From: Salpingoeca rosetta
Taxonomy: Eukaryota; Protista; Choanoflagellata
NCBI GenBank assembly: GCA_033442325.1
Contig: JAWQFM010000010.1
Span: forward strand, 1,484,019 to 1,548,018
Length of the DNA: 64,000 bases
Direction: 5' to 3'
Under the pieces are notes generated by a model. The model saw only the letters and a list, made by a program, of their open reading frames with translations. It made no database searches and was not told the origin of the DNA. Position 1 is the first letter of the stretch. Each line of letters opens with the position of its first letter. Positions 55,685 to 64,000 of this stretch are shown here, piece after piece. A program made the position numbers and the translations under genes.

Positions 55685-56370
55685 NNNNNNNNNNNNNNNN
55701 NNNNNNNNNNNNNNNNNNNNNNNNNNNNNNNNNNNNNNNNNNNNNNNNNNNNNNNNNNNNNNNNNNNNNNNNNNNNNNNNNNNNNNNNNNNNNNNNNNNN
55801 NNNNNNNNNNNNNNNNNNNNNNNNNNNNNNNNNNNNNNNNNNNNNNNNNNNNNNNNNNNNNNNNNNNNNNNNNNNNNNNNNNNNNNNNNNNNNNNNNNNN
55901 NNNNNNNNNNNNNNNNNNNNNNNNNNNNNNNNNNNNNNNNNNNNNNNNNNNNNNNNNNNNNNNNNNNNNNNNNNNNNNNNNNNNNNNNNNNNNNNNNNNN
56001 NNNNNNNNNNNNNNNNNNNNNNNNNNNNNNNNNNNNNNNNNNNNNNNNNNNNNNNNNNNNNNNNNNNNNNNNNNNNNNNNNNNNNNNNNNNNNNNNNNNN
56101 NNNNNNNNNNNNNNNNNNNNNNNNNNNNNNNNNNNNNNNNNNNNNNNNNNNNNNNNNNNNNNNNNNNNNNNNNNNNNNNNNNNNNNNNNNNNNNNNNNNN
56201 NNNNNNNNNNNNNNNNNNNNNNNNNNNNNNNNNNNNNNNNNNNNNNNNNNNNNNNNNNNNNNNNNNNNNNNNNNNNNNNNNNNNNNNNNNNNNNNNNNNN
56301 NNNNNNNNNNNNNNNNNNNNNNNNNNNNNNNNNNNNNNNNNNNNNNNNNNNNNNNNNNNNNNNNNNNNNN
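55685..56370. other. Assembly gap (686 N)
   Basis: Run of n. Confidence 1.
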
Positions 56371-56564
56371 GATAGGTGGAAGGCTGCACGCTACTCGGCA
56401 AACGCATAACACTCAAACAACGGAAAACGGAGGCACGCATTATGCATGTAGTCTCTGCACACGTGGAAAGCAGGGTATATGAGGTCCATCTGGGTGTGCT
56501 GTGTATTTCAAGTGAGCGACAAACAAAAACAATGATGACTCGCCCTATCACGGACTCAGTCTGT

Positions 56565-56830
<266 letters not shown>

Positions 56831-57014
56831 TGGCTCACTTCTCGAGAATGGCACAATGCAGCCGAAGAGGAATTGTGTACAGACAAGACAAAGCTTAAGG
56901 CCATTTAACTTACATTAGACTTATCGCACACTCACACATACTCACACACACACTCTCTCTCTCACATGACTCGGCTATGCAAAACAAACAAGATGCTTGT
57001 TGGGTCTTCATTTG

Positions 57015-58071
57015 TCACGACAACGCCAGTGACGACGGTGCAGGGGCCACATACTGCAGTGGCTGCGCGAGGCGAAGATTGCGTGCCCGACACGGCGCAC
57101 CACACAACTTGCACGTGATATCCCCTTCGCTCTGTGTATGTGTGCGCGCACGTTTTTGGGGGTCGTGGAAGCTTGTGTGAGTTGCATGATCATGAGCAAT
57201 CGCTCATACACACACGGAGACATGCACACATACACACACACACATACACGCACATACACGCACACACATACCTCACACTCACACACACATACACACACAT
57301 AAGCATACCGTGAAAGCGATGACGGCACATGAGAAGCAGATGGGGTGGCCACAGGCGCCACTGCAGGGGAGCTGAATGCAGCGGCCAAGGCAACGCATAC
57401 ACCTCAACGACGACGATGACGACGATGATGATGGGGATACCTCGGAAGCGTGGGGGTCGACAGGCCTCGCTGAACAACGCACACATGATTGCGAGAGTGA
57501 GAGGAGGATAGCAAGCAGGGAGGAAAGGGAGGGGGCAAGCAAGGGCAGGACCAAGCAAGGTGGTGCAGAACAGGCGAGGTGGTGTCACAGTGCAGCGGGA
57601 TGGCACGAGGTTTCACCACCTGTGAGCCACGCGGGCAAGGACGCGGGAATGTGCGCAACGCGCCGCAGTGCAACAAGAAGCACTGCACGGCGGGTTGGTG
57701 TGACAAAGGATGCAAATGCATGCGAGGTGAGTGGTGGAAAGTAAAGCGTGTGTAGCAGTGACACGTTACGTGGGACATTGGTGCCAAGGGGAAAGGTGGA
57801 GATACAGAGATGAGCACACGGCAGCGCAGCCCAAACCTTGAATGAGCATTTCCTGTTGCAAGTAACCGAGCCTAACAAGAAGGAGGAAGAGGAGGTGGAG
57901 GTGGTGGTTTGGTGAAGGAAGATGGGAATAGGACATGAGCATGAGCATGTCGGGTACAGACAGGAAGTTGAACCGCAAGTGCAGCCAGCGATTGAACGCG
58001 ACAAATACGCGCACGCAAACAGGCAAGTGGACATGCTGGCAGACAAGAGGGCAGGGCAGCGCACATTGTCA

Positions 58072-58144
<73 letters not shown>

Positions 58145-59261
58145 GCACGCAAGGAGCAAGGCGAGCGCATGCCACAGGTGCCTGTGCTGCGTACATTGTG
58201 GTGGCTGATGCGGCGGTGCGTGTATACGAGAGGCGGAGCAGGCGGTCAGGCAGCGTGGGGAAATCAGCAGAGTACAGAAACACAAAGTGGTTCAGTGTCG
58301 ACAGCACTTCCACCACCTGCACACGTTGAGATGGGGGCCAAGGTGTTGAGGTTGCGATTGGTGAAGCGGGCACAAGGTGGGCAAGGCGTGAGCTGCCGTC
58401 TGTTTGCAGCGGTTGGAATCGTTCACACAAGCACGCATGTACAGATTCACGTTTGCGTACATGCACACACATACACAAAGGCACGCATGCACACAGAAGA
58501 GAGCATACTCGTTGCGCATTTGTGAGGAGGCGAAGCAAGCGCCGCTTCCAGGTGTGTTCGCCTTGCACGAAGGGGATGTTTAAGCACGGATGAGTTGGGG
58601 GGGGGGGAAACACAGCCCAAACCACGCGCAACCACAACACAACTGCGAAACATGCACAAGCACATCTGTGCACACATTGCTCAGCAAATACGCATTCAAG
58701 GCACACCTGCTCGATGAAACCTATGGCCAAGCATGAACTGAAGGCCGCGCTTGGATATGTACACAGCTATTGCCGTTCTGAGGCACATGGTGGAAGAAGA
58801 TCAAATGTGACATGTCATGGAACAACACGGCGCAAGGTGTGTGCGCAAGAATGCCGTTGACGTGTGAGCAAGCGCGTTACATCCCATGTGAAACCATTTC
58901 CAATCGAATACACGCAAGTGTCAGTGCCAGTGACATCGGCAACGTACAAGATGGGCCTGAGCAGCAGCCGCCGCAATGAGGTGCCCTTTAAATGTGTTGG
59001 AGACGGAGCAGCCCGGCAGGAATGCAAGCAAGCAAGCACGCGAGCAGGCAAGGAGAGGTTCATGTGAGACACGCACAGCGCTCGCAACGGCGATACGACA
59101 AACCAGTGAATCGCAAACACACGCATGCATAACGCACACACACACACACGCACACACATACGCACAACAAGGATGGCATGCAAGCTTGTTGAGCATACCT
59201 TGGCTGGACGAATCCCAGCGAGTGTCTGCCCGTATGTGCGCTTCCACACGAGAAGGGAGCC
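57015..59261 (-). CDS. PEX2: RING peroxin, PEX2-like; N-terminal exon(s) not found
   Basis: Spliced: [16 protein letters not shown]..; [37 protein letters not shown] (cf. PEX2 INFLIFL.G.F.TL.ERLL..EYMNRELLW); [17 protein letters not shown]...TCKLC; stop 57017-57015. Confidence 0.7.
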
Positions 59262-59368
59262 CTGATTGGGAGGAAACATACGATGTTGAGCTGCACACAC
59301 ACACACACATGTACACACACACAGACACAGACACACGCACACGCATGTACACACACACAGACACAGAC

Positions 59369-59410
<42 letters not shown>

Positions 59411-59496
59411 GCACGCACAGACACACAAAAAGAGCTGCGATCACTTCTCAAAAAAAAACAAAGCGCGCATTTCACACACACAAAACGACCACAACG

Positions 59497-60462
59497 ATGA
59501 TGATGACAATGTTCTTGGTCGTGGGTGCTGTTCGGGTGGTGGTGGTGGTCCTTGCCGTCGTTGTAGCCACGGCAATGGCGTTGGGGGACCAGGAAGGCGT
59601 CGACAGGCTGGGGTCCCTGGGCTGGGAGTCGCTTGCGCCAAGTCTGCACACGCACCTGGCCCACCGCGCCGTGGCCGGCGCCTTCTGGAGTAGCGAGGAC
59701 GTGTGCCTGCACTCGCACAAGGCGTTTCCCTTCTGCGAGGCCAGCCAGGTGCTGCCGCTGCTGGTCACCGGTGTGGGCCGCAGCGGGACGCACCACATCT
59801 CAAACGTGCTGCAGCTGAAGGGCCTCGACGTCTGCCACGAGCACATCTGCTCGGACGGCTCCGTTGCCTGGACATATGCGGCGGTGGACCCCGACAACAA
59901 GTACCCCTGGCAAGGGACCGGGCACGAGATGAAACACCACCGCTTCCGCCACGTGTTCCACCTGGTGCGCCACCCCTTGCGCAGCATCGCCAGCCTCACA
60001 ACGTACCTGGACGACTCGTGGGAGTTCATCGGCAGGCACACGCCCGAGGTGCCCGGGCTGGCCACCATGGAGCCCATCCTGCGCCGCGCCCTCGTGCACT
60101 GGGTCACGTGGAACCGCATGATCCAGATCTACGCCGACCAGCGCTTCCGCACAGAGGACACCCCGCCATCGGTCATCTGCCTTGCTGCCGGGTTCAACGA
60201 GACGATATGCGACGTGCACTCGGACCACCACGCGCCACGCGCCCCACGGGAGCACCCCACCATCAGCTGGAGCGACCTGGCGGCGGTGGACGCGGAGTTC
60301 ACCAAGGCGGCGATGATCCTGGCGCGAGAGTATGGGTACGAGGTGGAGCCGGGCCACGATGGGGGGCCTCACTCAAACCACCACCACCACCACGACCATC
60401 ACCAACAGGACCCCAATGAGCACAGCCAAAGTAGCAACAGCACCGCCAAGGAGGATGGCTGA
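59497..60462 (+). CDS. Intronless P-loop sulfotransferase-like protein with N-terminal signal/anchor
   Basis: Hydrophobic N-terminus; [14 protein letters not shown] (5'-PSB-like), [18 protein letters not shown] (3'-PB-like), WVTWN, RFRTED. Clean 321-aa ORF with strongly C/G-ending codons. Confidence 0.8.
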   Translation: MMMTMFLVVGAVRVVVVVLAVVVATAMALGDQEGVDRLGSLGWESLAPSLHTHLAHRAVAGAFWSSEDVCLHSHKAFPFCEASQVLPLLVTGVGRSGTHHISNVLQLKGLDVCHEHICSDGSVAWTYAAVDPDNKYPWQGTGHEMKHHRFRHVFHLVRHPLRSIASLTTYLDDSWEFIGRHTPEVPGLATMEPILRRALVHWVTWNRMIQIYADQRFRTEDTPPSVICLAAGFNETICDVHSDHHAPRAPREHPTISWSDLAAVDAEFTKAAMILAREYGYEVEPGHDGGPHSNHHHHHDHHQQDPNEHSQSSNSTAKEDG

Positions 60463-60803
60463 GGGACGCTGCGAATGCTTGCTGTGTGGCTCACTGCGCC
60501 ATCGCAAACGTGGTGTTTTGGAGACCACGACGCCACGCCTCGACTCCCTTTTGTCTTCCCCTCCCCCCTTCCTTCTTCGCGTTGATAACCCACGGCTGGC
60601 TGACTTGCTCGCACACTCGCACATCACCATGCGTTGCGGATGTTGTATTAATATGTATCGCTGGGCAGTTACACAGTCCCCATAAACAAACACACGAACA
60701 TGCAGCTGAACAATGCAGATGACACGCAAGCTTGCTGGCACACAAGACAAGCAAAATGGGAGGAAGGGTGGACAAAAGAGGAGGGTGGGGAGAGCACGTG
60801 CAA

Positions 60804-60883
<80 letters not shown>

Positions 60884-60884
60884 A

Positions 60885-61640
60885 CTAGATGATGTGTTCG
60901 GCTGCGGAGATGATGGTGTCGAGCTTGTCTGCCCACTCCACCAGCGACGCATATCTGCCCACGCGCTCCTGCTGCTGCAGCACAACCAGCCGCTCCACGT
61001 GGTCAATCTGTCCTTGCACAGCCCTGCCGACGCGAAAACAAGATGCGGGGAGGGTCGAGGCAATAAGGGGGGAAAAGGAGGGAGGGACAAGGAATTGCGG
61101 ATTGTTGTGAGAACATGTCAAGGTGATTGAGGTTTCGTTTTTGTTGCGAGAACATGCACCAACAACGCGCCGTGTGACGCACCACCACCACCACCACCAC
61201 AACAACAACAACAACAAGTCACCTCCTCCACCACAAACACAACCACAACCACCACCACTTCACCGCAGCAAAACACAGTGGACTGACTTGTCGAGGATGG
61301 CGGCGACGAGCAGATCCACCACCTCCTCCTCCGTGATGCCCAGGCGGTCACTGATGAACGAAATGCGCACGCGCGTGTACGGCCTGATGAGCTTCACCAT
61401 CGCCTCTGTGCGGATGTTTCGCAGAAGGTCCTCAATGTACGAGCGCACAAACGGATCGCCCATGATGGCCGCCTCGTGCACGCGCAGAATGCGCTCAAAC
61501 GCCTTGACGTCGTTCGCTTGGTACGCCCTGGAGTAAGTGAAGCAGATGGGAGGAAGGATTAGTAAGTGGGGCGAGAGCAGGAGAAAGGGGAATAGGGGAG
61601 ATGGTACTGGTGTGGCAGAGGCCAAACAAACAAACACACA

Positions 61641-61675
<35 letters not shown>

Positions 61676-62146
61676 ATCACTCACACACACACACTCATCA
61701 CTCACTCGTACAGAACAGCACACGCACACACGCAAGCTCCCACGTGACAAAACGACCCACCCGACGAGATCTGTCATGGCGACAATCTGAGGGTCGTTCT
61801 TGTACGGTTTGGACTGATGCGAGTGGTTTTGGTTGCGCAGTACAAAGAGGGGGGGGGGGCAACGTGGTGTGGATTGAGCGCGACGATGCACATGTGGGTG
61901 AGAATAATCAACATTCATGCAACAGCACGCTCGCGAGACACACACACACAAGAGAGCGTTCTACAGCTGAAGGTTCATGTGTGTGTGTGTGTCACCTCTT
62001 GGGCATCAAAGGGGTCGACGTTTGACTTCATGAGCATGTTTGCCAGCACAAGATACTTCAGGCACGAAATCTTCTTGTCGCTCCCGCTCTCATCGTAGCT
62101 CTTGAACGCCTGGTGAATGGTGAATGGTGAATGTGAGTGAATGTGA

Positions 62147-62239
<93 letters not shown>

Positions 62240-62481
62240 GGAGGTGGCTGCTGTTGAGTCAGTCACCTCCACCTCCTCCACTAATGGCAAACCTCAAAGA
62301 AGTCCTCGTAGGCCTGCGACCACTGCTGTTCATCAAGATGCATCTTCCCGCCGCACTCTGTTGTCACATCACGGCGATGGGAGCAGATGAGGGCATCGCA
62401 TGATGGAAGCACAAACACATGGCTGCAACTCCAAATACACACACAAGCACAGAGACAGAGAGAGAGAGAGAAACACACACA

Positions 62482-62524
<43 letters not shown>

Positions 62525-62774
62525 GCCACCTCCCTCTCCCCTAACCTCTGACGATGCCGAGGATGTACGGGTGCGGAATTGCGGACCGGATGCGCAGTGC
62601 CCGCTTGTACAGGTCCTGACAACAGCACAGCGGTCATGACGGGGACAGAGCAGTTGAGGTGGTGGCGATGCAAAGGAGGAGTCAGCACATGCACAGCGCT
62701 GCATGCATTCGAGTACGCATGTACAGCAACGACAAAGCACACGCACGCGACGGGACACAAAAGTACCCACTCCG

Positions 62775-62822
<48 letters not shown>

Positions 62823-63223
62823 TGAGCTTCTTCGTCTCCTTCTGAGCGGTGTACATCTGAATCTCCAGCGCGTAAATCTCCATCAGCTGCGTGCCGTTGC
62901 GCGAATCCGCGTCGTCGTCGTCGCCGGCATCACCCTCCCCCTCCGCGGGCTCGAGCGAGCTGTGCAGCTCCTGCACCACCTCCCGCAGCCGCACAAAGTC
63001 GCCCTTGTCAAGCAAAACCTTGCCAAACTGGCTCGGGTGGTGGTGGTGGTGGTGGTGGTGGTGGTGGTGCGTGCGTGCGTGCGTGCATGCGTGTGTGTGT
63101 GTGTTGGGTGTGAGACGATGTTGAAGAGCTCTCGCACGATGTCAGTCATGGGCCGATAGAGCGAATATTCGCATTAACTCGTACATGCACACACACGCGC
63201 ACACGCGCACACACACACACACA

Positions 63224-63297
<74 letters not shown>

Positions 63298-64000
63298 CGA
63301 CCATGCATGCATTTAATATACACATACCTTGAGATTTGTCTTGAACCAGAGGCGCTGGTTTCTGCTCTCCCGAAGTGCGTCCAGCGTCACGCGGAAAATC
63401 TGCTCCAGCTGTTCAGGCTGCACACCACACCACACCACAAAGGCAACAGCAACGGCAACGGCAATGACATTCACACATACACACATGTGTGCACAGCACG
63501 TTGTTGTGTCATGGCAAAGATGGTGGTGTGAGCATGCGGCAAAGCGTGAAAACCTTTGTACAACCTCAAATGGATACATGTCTCTTGAGAGTATGCAAGA
63601 AGCGCAAGGACACGCGCACACGCATTTACATTCACAGACACTCACGTTGAACCCGGTTGAGACGTACTCCAAGATGGAGTTGATGGAACGGCTGCTGTAG
63701 TTTTGTGTCACAGCAGACTGTTGGCAGACGCACGCGCGCGAAAACAAGCAAGGGGCGCCCAGCATTGCAAGGTGCGTGAGACAAGGTCGGTGCCGTGTTC
63801 ATGGCGTGAAGGTCGGCGTTCACACTAGTACAAACCAAATGCAATCTACGTGTGTGTGTGTGTGTGTGTGTGGTGGTAGCGCGCCAGTGTACCTTAATGT
63901 ATGTGAGGAGAGACTTGTACGTGTCGAAGAACTCGTCGTATCGTTTCTGCGTGTCGGCATGCAACGGTGCAAGAACGGCGGATGAGACGCCAAATCTGTA
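60885..64000 (-). CDS. COPS2: COP9 signalosome subunit 2 (PCI domain); 5' end lies beyond the window
   Basis: [27 protein letters not shown]; RLWFKTNLK; [16 protein letters not shown]; [19 protein letters not shown]; [13 protein letters not shown]; [11 protein letters not shown]; [15 protein letters not shown]; [17 protein letters not shown]. Confidence 0.96.

Noticed and set aside
56392-56488. Possible minus-strand exon MDLIYPAFHVCRDY...AE*
   Set aside because: PEX2-like gene already terminates at 57015; no similarity to a SNARE N-terminus; too short to call next to a gap.

Overview
Eukaryotic, gene-dense, intron-rich genomic DNA in which almost every intron carries (GT/CA)n or related microsatellites. 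This style plus the opisthokont-like housekeeping genes points to a choanoflagellate such as Salpingoeca rosetta (inference, not verified). Most entries in the six-frame ORF track are microsatellite artefacts. I rebuilt about 20 genes by splicing exons at GT-AG junctions. In order: AP-4 epsilon-like 3' end; two low-complexity coiled-coil genes; MYST acetyltransferase (KAT8/MOF-like); SNX4-like sorting nexin; pyroglutamyl-peptidase I apparently spliced in frame to a NUDT15-like Nudix hydrolase; secreted sushi/coiled-coil/TNFR-Cys/PA14 protein; stand-alone Rnl1/Trl1-type RNA ligase; bacterial-type beta-propeller lactonase; RNF14-like RBR E3; RGG-rich BMT5-like rRNA methyltransferase; [FeFe]-hydrogenase with a mitochondrial-type presequence, cut by a gap; PIN-like membrane carrier; class-3 lipase; defective-looking ALAD/hemB; very large disordered protein ending in a giant-virus-type poly(A)-polymerase-like nucleotidyltransferase domain; syntaxin-8-like 3' end; PEX2-like gene; intronless sulfotransferase; and CSN2. 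The most interesting items are the viral-type PAP-like domain, the PIN-like carrier, the hydrogenase, the RNA ligase and the peptidase-Nudix fusion. Three N gaps and likely microsatellite-driven assembly collapses limit some calls. All family assignments come from recalled motifs; no database search was run.
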